Source: Planctomycetota bacterium (GTDB taxonomy: Bacteria > Planctomycetota > UBA8108 > SXIK01). From it: a DNA stretch of 64,000 bases. This document shows, piece by piece, positions 20,095 to 31,600 of the stretch. The translations under genes were made by a program, and so were the position numbers. The stretch's first letter is position 1, and every line of letters begins with the position of its first letter. The stretch lies in NCBI GenBank assembly GCA_965223265.1, contig OZ244999.1:2208001-2272000 (forward strand), read 5' to 3'. A model generated the notes under the pieces. That model made no database searches and was not told the origin of the DNA. It saw nothing but the letters and a program-made list of their open reading frames with translations.

Positions 20095-21452
20095 GACGCG
20101 CAGCGACGAGCAGGAGCATGGACATGTCGCCGCGTCGCTGCGAACTGGGTCGGGAGCGGCTGCGGCGCGGCCGCATCGTGTCTTGCGGCGCGTTTACACT
20201 CATCGAAGTGGTCCTAGCGATCGCGCTCACCACCGGTCTTCTTCTGACAGTTCTCGTTTTCTACCAGGCCGCCGCAACGCTGCGCCGTGATCTTGAGGAA
20301 GATCTCGAGGGCACCGCTGAGGCGCGTCTGCTGCTCGACCGTATTGCAACGGAGCTGCGCGGCGCGGTCCACCAGTCGCGGGCCGGGTATGGCATGAAGG
20401 GCGGTGAGACCTGGATCGAGTTCGTCACAGCCGTGGTGCCAACAGATTCGGCTTGGAACATCGACTACGCCGCCTCGGCGCCGGTGCCTCAGACTGATCT
20501 TGAAGTGGTCCGTTACGAACTCAAGCTGCGGCACTTCGATGATGGGGGCTTCGAAGATGTCAGTGGCCGGAATGTCGGCACCGCTGCGGCGTCGCCTACC
20601 TCTCGGCGTGACCTTGACCTTCCAGCGGCCCCGGCGGGGGCGGCATCGAGGAGATCGGACGCGGCACCGCGACCGTCGACGCCGCAGACCGGCCGCTTCG
20701 ATGCGGCAGACGCGATCGATGCTGGATTGGAGCCGGTTGGGGACGGGATCGTGCGTGCGGCGCAGCGGATACCTACCGGATCGAGGCGCAGACGTTCGGT
20801 CGTGGTGGCGCCGCGCATGCGACGGATTCGCCTACGCTACTTCGACGGCGTACGGTGGCAGACAACCTGGAACCGATCCGGGATACCGATCGGGGTCGAG
20901 ATCGGCGTCAGTCCCGCACTGCCCCCTGCCGATGTAGTGACGCGCCCGTTCGACACGGGTGACGCCGACATCGCGGCTTCCACCGGCAACGCCGCACCGA
21001 CCACCGAATCCAGACGCGTCTCAAGGTCCAGCCAGATCCGCCGCCCGGGCACTCGCACCGAGCAGGGCTCTCGGGCACAAATGGCGCGCCCGGCAGCATC
21101 GCCGCGGTCGAGCTCGACGTCCCGGGCGGGGCGCCAGCGACCTTCGTCGCGATCGCTGTCGCCAACGTCGTCTCGCTCACGCTCGGCTCGCGGCGCGAGC
21201 GCGGCGGCCAATGAACCAATCGATGACGGCTGGGAAGACTCCAGCGCTGGATCTGAGGGCGGGGAGGAAGAGTTCAATATCGATTGGTACTCACGCGTCG
21301 TTTATTTGCCTGGCTCAGCGAACCCTCGCGCCGTCGCACGAATCGATGCTGACGGCTTTGGTGACGATCTCGATGGCGAGGAGACGGAGGGGGGCGCGAC
21401 GCAGAGCAGTGATCCATACCCCCGCGCAGCGCGGGAAGAGGGTGACGAATGA
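20091..21452 (+). CDS. Minor pseudopilin GspJ-like
   Basis: A|FTLIEVVLA, RIATELR, LRYFDG..WQTTW...PIGVEI motifs; long Ser/Arg-rich inserts. Confidence 0.8.
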   Translation: MRRAATSRSMDMSPRRCELGRERLRRGRIVSCGAFTLIEVVLAIALTTGLLLTVLVFYQAAATLRRDLEEDLEGTAEARLLLDRIATELRGAVHQSRAGYGMKGGETWIEFVTAVVPTDSAWNIDYAASAPVPQTDLEVVRYELKLRHFDDGGFEDVSGRNVGTAAASPTSRRDLDLPAAPAGAASRRSDAAPRPSTPQTGRFDAADAIDAGLEPVGDGIVRAAQRIPTGSRRRRSVVVAPRMRRIRLRYFDGVRWQTTWNRSGIPIGVEIGVSPALPPADVVTRPFDTGDADIAASTGNAAPTTESRRVSRSSQIRRPGTRTEQGSRAQMARPAASPRSSSTSRAGRQRPSSRSLSPTSSRSRSARGASAAANEPIDDGWEDSSAGSEGGEEEFNIDWYSRVVYLPGSANPRAVARIDADGFGDDLDGEETEGGATQSSDPYPRAAREEGDE

Positions 21453-22840
21453 AGCGCGCCGCACCGACGAACGGTTTTGTGCTTCTTGCCGTGCTCGTGG
21501 TCAGCATGTTGGCGGCGATGCTGGTTCTTAGCACGCTGTATCGGATCCGCGCTGAACACGGCGCTGAATCAGCGGGCGAGGGACGCGAGCAAGCGTGGCA
21601 CGCCGCGATGAGCGGTCTTCACCGCGCCGCGTCGATCGTCGCCGACGCCCCCTACGATCCTGAGCGTTGGCTCCACAATGCCGCGCTCTTTGAGCGCCAG
21701 TTCGTCGCTGACGACGGCGCCGACGACTGGTATTTCACGGTTTACGCGGAAGCGACCGACGAGCAAGAGAGCGGGGAAGTGCGCTACGGGGTCACTGACG
21801 AAAGCGCTAAGCTCAATCTTCACTTCGTGGATCGTGAGGTGCTAACCAAGATCCCCGCGCTGACCGAGCCGCAGATCGCCGGTCTCCTGGACTTCCTCGA
21901 TCCTGGAAGCGAGCCGAGGCCTGGTGGCGCGGAGGATATCTACTACGAGACACTGCCGACGCCATACCACAGTCTGGACGGTCAAGTGACGACGCTCGAC
22001 GAGCTGCTGCTCGTGCGTGGGTTCAACGCTGGTGTGCTCTATGGCGAGGACGCTAACCGTAACGCCCGCCTCGACGTCGGCGAGGATGATGGAGAGCTGA
22101 CGTTTCCGATGGACAACGGCGACGGTGAGCTCGACCTCGGCTTACGCCAATACTTGACAGTCCACACGGCGCGTTGGGCGGTCGACCGCGAGGGGCGTCC
22201 GCAAGTGAATCTTAACCGCGACGTCGATCGGCTTGCGGAGCTTGGATTCTCGGATGAGACGCTGCGATACATTGCGACAGCGCGGCGGCAATCGAGGCAA
22301 GCGGCGTTTTCGCACCCTGTCGACCTCCTCGAAGCAGAACCCATCGAAAGCGTTGACGAGAACGGCGAGACGGTCGAGCTTGAGTGCGGTGTTGGGGAGG
22401 CCGATCTCGAGAAGATCCTCGATCGCTGCACGACCCAGTCAGAGGAACGCGAGGTGACGCCGTGCATCAACGTCTACACCGCCAGCGCGAAGGTGCTGGA
22501 GCTCGTCGCCGACATCGACTCGGAACTCGCTGAGGCGATCGTGTCGCACCGCTTCTCCATACCTGTCGATCGCCGCCACACCACGGATTGGCTTCTCCGC
22601 GACGGCCTGTTAGACACCGAACACTACAAGAAGATCGCTCCGAGCCTGGGCACGCGCGGCTTCCAGTTTCATTTGCAGGTGATCGGGTTTGGAGTACCAT
22701 CAGGCAGATTTCGGGTGCTGGAGGCGGTGGTCGACGTGGGGTACCCGCAACCGCGAATCATCTATCTGCGCGACCTGACGCGTCTCGGCGTACCGTTCGC
22801 GCTCGCGACGGAGGAGGGCCGAAGCTTTGACCAGCCGTGA
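21449..22840 (+). CDS. gspK: Minor pseudopilin GspK
   Basis: G|FVLLAVL (no E5), DESAKLNL, ELLLVRG, INVYTAS motifs. Confidence 0.88.
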   Translation: MKRAAPTNGFVLLAVLVVSMLAAMLVLSTLYRIRAEHGAESAGEGREQAWHAAMSGLHRAASIVADAPYDPERWLHNAALFERQFVADDGADDWYFTVYAEATDEQESGEVRYGVTDESAKLNLHFVDREVLTKIPALTEPQIAGLLDFLDPGSEPRPGGAEDIYYETLPTPYHSLDGQVTTLDELLLVRGFNAGVLYGEDANRNARLDVGEDDGELTFPMDNGDGELDLGLRQYLTVHTARWAVDREGRPQVNLNRDVDRLAELGFSDETLRYIATARRQSRQAAFSHPVDLLEAEPIESVDENGETVELECGVGEADLEKILDRCTTQSEEREVTPCINVYTASAKVLELVADIDSELAEAIVSHRFSIPVDRRHTTDWLLRDGLLDTEHYKKIAPSLGTRGFQFHLQVIGFGVPSGRFRVLEAVVDVGYPQPRIIYLRDLTRLGVPFALATEEGRSFDQP

Positions 22841-24566
22841 GGCGAATCAAGAAGCGACTCGGATGGTGGAGCGCTTGGGCGCGACGCGCCGAAAGCCGCC
22901 TTCGAACGCCGTCGTCATCGAGCTCGGTGGGGCGTACTTGCGTGCCGTCGAATGTGCGCGTCGCGGCAAGAAAGTCGTCGTCACCCGCATCGTCACGGAA
23001 CGCTTGCCCGCGGATCTCATCTCCCAGCGCGATCCCGCGGCCACGGGTCGCTGGATCGCGAAGACGCTCGCGCCGTACAAACTTCCTCTCAATCAAGCCG
23101 TGATAGGCATCCCTCGCAGCCATGTCTTCTTGAAGCCGATCTCTCTTCCCCCTCCTGGGGATATGCATGAGCTTGCGTCGATGGTTGTTTTTCAGGCGGC
23201 GAAAGAACTGCCGTTCGCGGTCGAAGAGGCAGTGATCGACTACACAGTGCAGAGTCACTTCGATATTGTTCCGGCGACTGAAGGCGATCTGGCGGAGGAA
23301 GCTACCGGGCGCGTAGCCAAAGAGACCATTGAGAACCGTGGCTCCCGCAGCGGCGAAGGAACGGATGGCGCAACCGAGACGGTGCGCGTGCAGGTTCTCG
23401 TTGCTGCCGTTCGGCGCGACGTTGTGGACGAGTACAAGGCCATCGCCGCCGCGGCTCACTGTAAGCTGCGTTCGCTGACGCTCAGATCGCATGGAAACGT
23501 TCGAGCGATCGAGCTCTGCGAGGGGCGTCCGTCTGGCAGCGTCGCTCTTGTCCACGTGCGCGAACGAGAGCTGATCATCGACGTTTTGGACGACGGCGAC
23601 CTGGCGTTTAGCCGAGCGATCAATTTGCCGGCCGCTGCCGCGCCGGACGCCAGCGCTGATCGCAACGACGCTGTCGTGGAGCTTGCGAGTCGAGAGATCC
23701 TCCGCAGTGTGCGGAGCTACCAGGCGCTTGAGACGCGCGGTACATTGACGAAGGTTGTCGTCGTCGGGGAGGAGGAAAGAGCGACCGAACTCGTCGAACG
23801 CGTTGGAAGTCAGTTGGGCATCCCGACGTCACAGCTCGACCCAGCCCAACCACTTGGGCTCAAGGGCGAGGACGCAAAGAAGGCCCAGGGGTCGGTTGCA
23901 GCCATCGGACTCGGTATAGGGTTCCTCGATGGGCGTGGCCTCCTGTTCGACTTTCTACACCCGAAGAGAGTTCCGCCCAAAGTGAATTGGCGCCGACGCG
24001 CACGCGTTGGGGCGATCGTGCTCGTCGTGGCGACGTTGGCTGGGCTTTTCTTCGTGCGGTCACATTTTGTCGGTCAGCTCGATCAAGAGCTCAACCAGGT
24101 TCGTTCGCAGCTTTCGTCTAGAAAGGCGCTGAGACAGTTCAAGAGGGACGAGAAGAGCGCGCTCGAGATCGAACGCTGGATCGACGGCGACTATGGATGG
24201 CTTGATCAAATCGCCGACTTGAGTCGTGTCCTCCCCGATTCCGATGCGGTCTACGTCGACAATCTTGGCATGAGCGCGAACGGAAAGATCCTCGTGTCGC
24301 TCCGGGCTCGTTCCGGCGAACTTCCCGATGAGGTGTATCAGCGTTTCAAGAAGGCGGGGTATCACGTCAGCCCGCCCTCAGTGACGCCGTCGCGTGATGC
24401 GCACGGCTACGGCTTCAAGACGACCGTCGAGCTCACAGCTCGTCCGAACGAAAAGAAGAGAGCCAAACTAGCAGCGCTCACTTCACCGGTGCGGTCATCT
24501 AACGCTGTCAAGGCGACCAACGAGAGCGTCGATCCTGAGCTGGCAGGGAAGGAGTCACCAAAGTGA
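22827..24566 (+). CDS. PilM-like cytoplasmic domain + TM + PilN-like domain (GspL equivalent)
   Basis: ELPF...AVIDY, VLVAAVRR, FSRAI, AAIGLG motifs of PilM, then TM and periplasmic region. Confidence 0.8.
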   Translation: MTSREANQEATRMVERLGATRRKPPSNAVVIELGGAYLRAVECARRGKKVVVTRIVTERLPADLISQRDPAATGRWIAKTLAPYKLPLNQAVIGIPRSHVFLKPISLPPPGDMHELASMVVFQAAKELPFAVEEAVIDYTVQSHFDIVPATEGDLAEEATGRVAKETIENRGSRSGEGTDGATETVRVQVLVAAVRRDVVDEYKAIAAAAHCKLRSLTLRSHGNVRAIELCEGRPSGSVALVHVRERELIIDVLDDGDLAFSRAINLPAAAAPDASADRNDAVVELASREILRSVRSYQALETRGTLTKVVVVGEEERATELVERVGSQLGIPTSQLDPAQPLGLKGEDAKKAQGSVAAIGLGIGFLDGRGLLFDFLHPKRVPPKVNWRRRARVGAIVLVVATLAGLFFVRSHFVGQLDQELNQVRSQLSSRKALRQFKRDEKSALEIERWIDGDYGWLDQIADLSRVLPDSDAVYVDNLGMSANGKILVSLRARSGELPDEVYQRFKKAGYHVSPPSVTPSRDAHGYGFKTTVELTARPNEKKRAKLAALTSPVRSSNAVKATNESVDPELAGKESPK

Positions 24567-25558
24567 CGCGTCGCGAACGTATGCTTTTCAGCATCGTCTG
24601 TACTTTTGTGGGTGTCGCGTTCTTCGGCGTCGGCGTGAAGAAGTTCGTCGTTGATCCGCTGAAAGAGAAGAAGCAACAGATTGGAGTGATCAGTTCGCGC
24701 CTCGGTGAACATAGGCGAGCGAAGAAGCGAGCCGCGAATGCGAGACGAAGGATGGTCAACGTTGCGTCGCGGACCTACGCCGGTAGCCTCGACGAGGCGC
24801 AGGCCCGTTGCGGTCGAGAGATCAGCGAGCTGTTGCGGGCGGCCGGGCTCGACGAAAGTGTGTTCACGCGCAGGCCGGTTCGACCGAGTCGCGTCGGCTC
24901 GGAGGCGTTCGAGACCGGATGGACTCTCCGCGGCGTGGGGCCTCTAAAAAGTCTCGTAGACTTCCTGTATCTCCTCGATTCCGTGCCCTACGCCAGCAAG
25001 ATCGAAAAGTTGTCGCTCACTCCGAGCGATCGCGTCACCGGATCGATCCATTTTACGTACCTCACTTTGGCGCTGCCGAAGAAGTGGCGCGACGGTGTCC
25101 CGCCAATCGACAGGCAGCCGCCTGCGTCAGCGTTGGCGACAGCTGAGCGCAAGGCATACGACGTCATCACGGGGCGCAACTTCTTCGCGCCGTTCGCCCC
25201 AACGCCAGAGCCGCCACCGGTGCCCGCGCGTGATCCTGTCGCGGAAGAGCGTGATCGTTTGGCGGCGTTTAGGGTCGTGTCACTTTCCGAGTGGAAAGGT
25301 ACGCCCGAAGTCATGGTCCTCGATGTGGAAAAAGAGAGCACAGAAAAGTATTATCCTGGGGACACTCTCGCCGGCGGTGAAATCTTAACCATCGATTACC
25401 GCGCGCTCCCAAATCCGGCGAAGCCCGGGATGACTTCGATTAGTCGGGTCATTATTGGGGCCGGCGCCGAGTTTTGGGCGATCGAAAACGGCGCGACGCT
25501 CGCCGAACGCCGTCGCCTTAAACCCGAAGATCTTCCGTCTGGCCTGCAGGGTCGTTGA
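24563..25558 (+). CDS. GspM/PilO-like protein with C-terminal GspC-like domain
   Basis: MTRRERML + TM + coiled coil, LVDFLYLL..KIEKLSL (PilO-like), then YDVITGRNFFAP and a beta-rich tail. Confidence 0.65.
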   Translation: MTRRERMLFSIVCTFVGVAFFGVGVKKFVVDPLKEKKQQIGVISSRLGEHRRAKKRAANARRRMVNVASRTYAGSLDEAQARCGREISELLRAAGLDESVFTRRPVRPSRVGSEAFETGWTLRGVGPLKSLVDFLYLLDSVPYASKIEKLSLTPSDRVTGSIHFTYLTLALPKKWRDGVPPIDRQPPASALATAERKAYDVITGRNFFAPFAPTPEPPPVPARDPVAEERDRLAAFRVVSLSEWKGTPEVMVLDVEKESTEKYYPGDTLAGGEILTIDYRALPNPAKPGMTSISRVIIGAGAEFWAIENGATLAERRRLKPEDLPSGLQGR

Positions 25559-25695
25559 TCGGGACCGAGATTCCCACCTTTCTTCAATGTGGAGCCCGTG
25601 CTCCACGTCAGTCATTGTGAGTCAACCTTGGGCGCGTACCGCACCGTCGCTCTTTGATGGTGTGATTCCGCGTTTTCAGCGGAGCTAAGACACAG

Positions 25696-28600
25696 TTGAG
25701 CTTGAGAAGAACCGTCTGCCTGCTTTGCGTTCTCCTGTTGACCACTCGCACCCCGTTTGCTGACGAGACGGGGGGCGACTCTCAGCCTAAAAAGCCGACC
25801 GGCGACACGTCCGCAGGCGAGGCGGCGAATTCTGCTGCCCCGACTTCGCCAGAGAAGCACAGCGACGCGGCAAACGAGACTGCAGCGGAGAAGGACGCCT
25901 CCAAGAGCGAGCGCAACATTCGCTTTCAGTTCAGCGGCATTCCCTACGCTGACGCGGTGCGGCGTTTCGCTGATATGGCCGGCAAGCCTCTGGTGGGGGA
26001 GGTCAAAATCGACGGCCTGCTGACCTTCGCGGATGAGCAGGCCTACACGTACGATGAGGCACTCGATACGCTCAACGTGATTCTTGCCATGAAGGGGCAC
26101 GTGCTGGTCGAGGCCGGTCGCTACCTACGGCTAACGACGAAGGACGAGCTGCCGCAACTACCGCTCGAGATCTTGTACGGCACGAAGCGAACGGGAGACA
26201 AGCGTCCAGGCCAACTGGTGACGGTCGTCTTTCGCCTCAAGCACCTGGATGCCAACGAGACGGCGGTGGCTGCGAGCAAAATGCTTTCAGGCGCCGGGTC
26301 CGTCTCGCCGCTGCAGCGCGGCCGCGGCTTGGTTGTCACCGACGCACTCTCGACGATTCAGCGTATCGAGGAGTTAATTCTCGAGCTCGACGTCGAACAG
26401 CAGGGTACGCGGTCACTGAAGACGTTTCGCCTAGTGAATTCGTCCGGCGCTGTGCTCGGCGAGATGATCCAGCGAACTCTAGGGTCGGAGACTGCACCGC
26501 GCGAGGCGCGCTTCGTCAACAACAAGTGGGAGGTGGCTCCACCTGATCCCGAGCTTTTTGTCACCGTCACCTACGACGAGCCGACGCAGACGCTCGTCGT
26601 CTTCGGGCCGCGAGATCTTCTGAAGTTGGCGGAGGAACTCGTGACGCGCTTCGAGAAGGAAGGCGGCGATGAGGGTGAGCTTCGCGTCTACACGCCGCGC
26701 GTGTTGAAGGCGGAGACTCTCGCGCCCATGATCCGGCAAGCCGTACCGGGAATCGCTGGAGAGAGTGATAGCGCGGCGCAGGCGAGCAACAAGGCCCGCC
26801 TTATCGTCGACGCGCAGTCGAATCGTCTGATCATTTCCGCGCGCGTCGGAGAACAGATGCAGCGGATTGAAGAGTTCCTCCGCGTTGTGGACCGTCACGA
26901 ACGAGAGGCGAAGAGTGACAAGGACGACGATGGAGACGGCGGCCCGCAAAGTCGCGTCCTGCCCATCGCCACGGCTTCGTCAGCAGGAGTCATGGAGATC
27001 CTCCGCTCCGCAACGACCGAGCGCGATCGCGATGGCAACGTGCTGCAGCGACTTCACGTCGCTTTTGACGCTGAGACGAAGGCGTTGATCGTTTCCGGGT
27101 CGAAGCACTACGTCGAGCTCGCCCAGCGTCTCGTTCAGCAGCTCAACGACGCGGCGACGAGCACGAGTCCACGGCAGATGCGTTATCTCGACTTGACAGG
27201 AAAAGTCGCCGCCGCCGACCTTCCGAGCACAGTCACGCTGTTGCAGCAGCTCGTGAGACAGCAGCTGGGCACAGGAGCCGGAGATGCAGGAAGTGTCACG
27301 ATGACGCCCGCGCCGAATCGCGCTGGAATCATCGTCACGGCTTCGTCGGAGCACCTAACCACGGTCGAGTCGACACTGGCGGGATTGCTCGAGACGGCCC
27401 CCAAGCGTGAAGCACGCTCTCTCCGGGCCATCGTTTTGCGTCACGCGCGGGTTGACGACGTGATGTCGACGCTTCAGAAACTCACCGATGATGCTGCGCG
27501 TGACCGCTGGCCGGTATCGCCGCCCTCATTGGTTGCGGACTCTCGCGGCAACCGGATCCTCGTGACTGGCACCATGGAGCAGCTTGAAGCCGTCGCCAAG
27601 TTGACCGCGGAGCTCGATCATGCCCCGGTGAGGACCTCCCGGACGGTGCGCCGCGTTGCCGTGCGGTCCCATCGCCCCTCAGAGTTAAAGCCTCTGCTTG
27701 ACGCTTTCTTACGGCAAGAGTTCTCGGGTCGCGGTGCTAAACACCCGCTGCCTGAGGTCTTCGTCGACGACGTCGGCCGCCGCCTGATTGTCTTGGCGGA
27801 GTCTGACGATCACGCCCCGATCGAGGCGATGATCGGCGAGCTCGACGCGAAAGAGGTGCAAGTACGGACCACGCGCGCCCTCGACCTGAAAGCGCGCCGA
27901 GCCGCCGAGATCTTGCCACTTGTGAAGAAACTTTACGACGCACAGGTAGGTCAAGGGGGGGACGGGCGAGCTCCCAGCCTTGACGCTAGCGGCGACGGCA
28001 AGCGTCTCCTTGTCACGGGCACCGACGAAGAGATTCAACGCATCGAATCGATCGTGCGTGCGCTCGACGTCGCCGAGCGCCCGGAGATCGAGCGCCAAAC
28101 ACGGGCCATTCCCGTGATCGCGCGAGAGGTCGACGCCTTTCGCTCGCTGGTCGAGCAGCTTTACACCGCGCAGCGACGCGGGCAGCGTCCGCCACCTGGA
28201 GGAGCGACGACGATCGTCGCCGATCCGAAGAGCCGAAGGCTCCTCGTCACAGGCGCGGCAGAGGAGATTGCCCTGGTCGAGTCCATCGCCCGACAGCTCG
28301 ATCCGCATGAAGGGAAAAGCGAGAGACCCGAGACTCGCGTCTACAAGATCGGCACCGCGAACGCGACGGAGCTCGTGGGACTGTTGGAACAGACGCTGAA
28401 TCAGGATCCCGCGCGACCTGCGGCTCGTGTTTTGGCGGACGCTCCGAGCAACCGTTTGATCATCACCGCTCCCCCGTCCGTCCTCGACACCGCCGCCGCC
28501 GTGATCGAGGAGCTCGATCAGAAATTCGATCAGCAACCGCGTGAGCTTCGTATCGTCGAGCTCGACGTCGGCGACGCTGACGAGACCGCGGCGCTGGTCA

Positions 28601-31600
28601 CGCAGCTTCACGGCGAGCGCATGCGGAGCCTTCGTGGCGGGCGGTACCAACCGCGCGCGAAGATTCTCGGCGACCGGTCGACGAATCGGCTGATTCTGAC
28701 CGCGGGAAGCGATGAGATGAAGGTTCTCGACGAGATCGTCTCGCAGCTCAACCGCGTCGATCGGAAGGAGGAAGACTCGCGAGTCTTTCGGCTGGAGCAT
28801 GTCAGAGCCGAGCAGATCGCCGACGTGGTCGCGACTGCTATGACGACGTACGACGATCGTCGGCGCCCAGTCGAGCGCGTCCGGGTGGCGCCCGACGCCG
28901 CGACGAACAGTCTTGTGATTTCTGGCAAGACGAGCGATCTGGAGCTGGTCGCTTCGGTGGTGCAGCAACTCGATCGCGCCGACTCGCGCGGCAAGGTGGG
29001 GGTGCGAGTTGTGGAGGTCGACAGTGACCGAGCAGCGTCGGTGGCTGCAATGGCGGAGCGAGTTTGGGGTGAACAGAACCGGGATGCTCAGGGGGCCGAC
29101 GCCCTGGCGGTGACAAGTCGCGGCGGGCGAGTGGTGATCGCTGGACCGCAGAACGTTCTCGGACCTGTCGCCTCGCTCGTTGAGGAGATCGGCGCCCAGG
29201 TGACGAGCGCGCCGCGGCGTCTCCGAATGGTCAAGCTCGAGAACGGCTTGATCGCCGCTGATGCGCTGCCACTTCTCAAGCAGAGCTACGATGCCGAGAC
29301 GCGCGGTACCGCCAACGGCGATGCGACGTTTCGCGTCGACGCCGCCGGCAACCGTCTCCTCGTGATTGCCAGCGACGCCGAGTTCGAGATCATCGGCGAA
29401 ATTCTCGCGACGCTCGGCGAGGGGATTCGAACCGCCGAACGCAAGACGCGCATGTTTGAGTTCGCCGGCGCCACGGAGCTGACTCGCGTCGCGCCGCTCG
29501 TTCGCCAACTCTACGAACAGGAGCTCAAAGGTAGCGCTGAGCTCGGCCCACCTGAGGCTCAGTTTATCGAGGATTCGCGTGGCGCTCGGTTGATCGTCAC
29601 CGCGTCTGAGCCTCACTTGGAACGCGTCGCGTCGATCATCAGCCGGCTGGATGCCGAGGAGGGTTCAAGCGCCCAGCGTCGGCGCGAGACGCGCACGTTC
29701 AGTTTTACGACGGACGCAGAGCTGAGACAGACGCAAGATCTCGCGCAAAAGTTGTACGCCGCCGAACTCGAGGGTCAGCGCCCACCCGCCGGCGGTGAAG
29801 CGACGTTCACTGTCGACGCGGCAGACCGGCGTCTTCTCGTCACCGGGAGCTCGAGCGAGCTCGATCGTGTCGAAGCGATTTTTGCTCAGCTCCGCCGCGA
29901 CGCGGCGCGCGATCCGCGGCGCACGACCAAGTCACTCGAAGTCCACGCCGAGCGAGTAGGCGATGTTTTGGAGCTGCTACGAACGGTGTACCAGGCGCAG
30001 CTCGCGGGTGGCGACACTCCGGTTGGCGGTCCTGCCACGATCGTCGCCGATGCTAAGAATCGCCGACTTCTGGTCACTGGGGACGATATAGAGCTGGCGA
30101 AAATTGAGGCGCTGCTGCGACAGCTGGACCCTGCCGACGCCGAGCGGCAGGGAATCGGGACGCGCATACTGCGAGTGCGATCGGTGGCCGCTGCGGACGT
30201 TTTCGGTCTGGTCGAGAAAGCGCTCAACGGAGACCGTGAAGTGCCTCTCGTTCGACTTCAACTGGACCGTGAAAGTAACAGTATCGTCGCCACTGGTACG
30301 GAGTCGGCATTGAAGCTCACTGCCGAGATCGTGAGCGAGCTTGACGATGATCCTAGATCCGGTCCGCGCGAGCTGAAGGTGATCGAGCTCGAAGTTGGCG
30401 ACGCCGACTCAATGACGACGACGCTGAAGCGGCTCCACGAAGAGGCCCTTCGTTCCCAGTTCGGCCTCAACTACCGATCACGGGCCAGTTTCATCGCGGA
30501 TGCCGCCAACAATCGCGTCATCGTCACCGCTCCTCGCGACGAGATGGAAGCCATCGATCGATTCGCAGAGCAGCTCAACCGAGTCAGTCGCAAACAGGAA
30601 GACTCGGTCGTGATTCCGCTCAAGCATGGCCAGGCGTCGCGACTCGCCGAGATCGTACTGCGTGCGATGACGGTGTACGACCGCCGCAATCGCCCAATTG
30701 AGCGTGTGAGGGTTGCTGCCGACGATGCCTCGAACAGCCTCGTCGTCTCCGGCGCGACGGCTGATCTCGAGGCGGTTAAGGCGTTTATCGCGGAGCTCGA
30801 CTCTCCGCTGCAGCGGCCGCCGCTGTCGCTGCGCATCCTCCGTTTGGCGCGACCGCATGCAGACCAAGTCGCGTCGCTTGTGCAGAGAGTCGCGAGCGAA
30901 CACCAAGCCTCCGTCGGCCGCGACGCCGTCATTTCGGTTCAGCCGTCAGCCGATCGCCGCCGCGTGATCGTCGTCGCGCCGAAGGCAGAGATGGAACAGA
31001 TCGCCGGTCTCGTCGTCGAATTCGACAAAGCCTCGTTTGACACGCCGAAGGAGCTCTATGTCGAGGAGCTGACACATGCGAGAGCGCAGGAGATTGCGCC
31101 ACTCGTGCAGCGAGCCTACGACGATCAAGAGCTTGGCGCCGATCACGGCGCGGTGATTCGAGCCGATGCGCTACTCAATCGTCTTCTCGTCTTGACGCAC
31201 GCAAGCCAGATCGATCGTGTCCGCCAGATCATTGCGAAGCTTGATGTGACCAGCGATGAGGATCGAGAGACGCGCTTTTTCAGGCTTCGCGACGTCGACG
31301 AACTCGGACAACTCCACGTGCTCGCTGAGCGTCTTTATCGTGAGGAGATGAAAGGGAACGGTCCTCGCAACCAAGCCGACGCCCAGTTTATCCGGGACGA
31401 CACGAACGTGCGGTTGATCGTCACCGCGCGCGCGTCGCACATCGAAAAGATCGCCGAGATCCTCGACCGATTGCGGACAGGAAGCGATCGCGACCCACGC
31501 CAGGAATCTCAGATTTTCGCTCTTGCCGACTCCTCTGAGGTGAGCCGGCTGCTGCCACTCCTGCAGCGGCTCTATCGACAGGAGTTCGAGCATCAACCCG

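Noticed and set aside
27709-29616. 635-aa antisense ORF (also 3139..4926, 37279..38616, 14839..16014)
   Set aside because: Shadow ORFs opposite well-supported genes, expected in GC-rich DNA; no recognisable motifs
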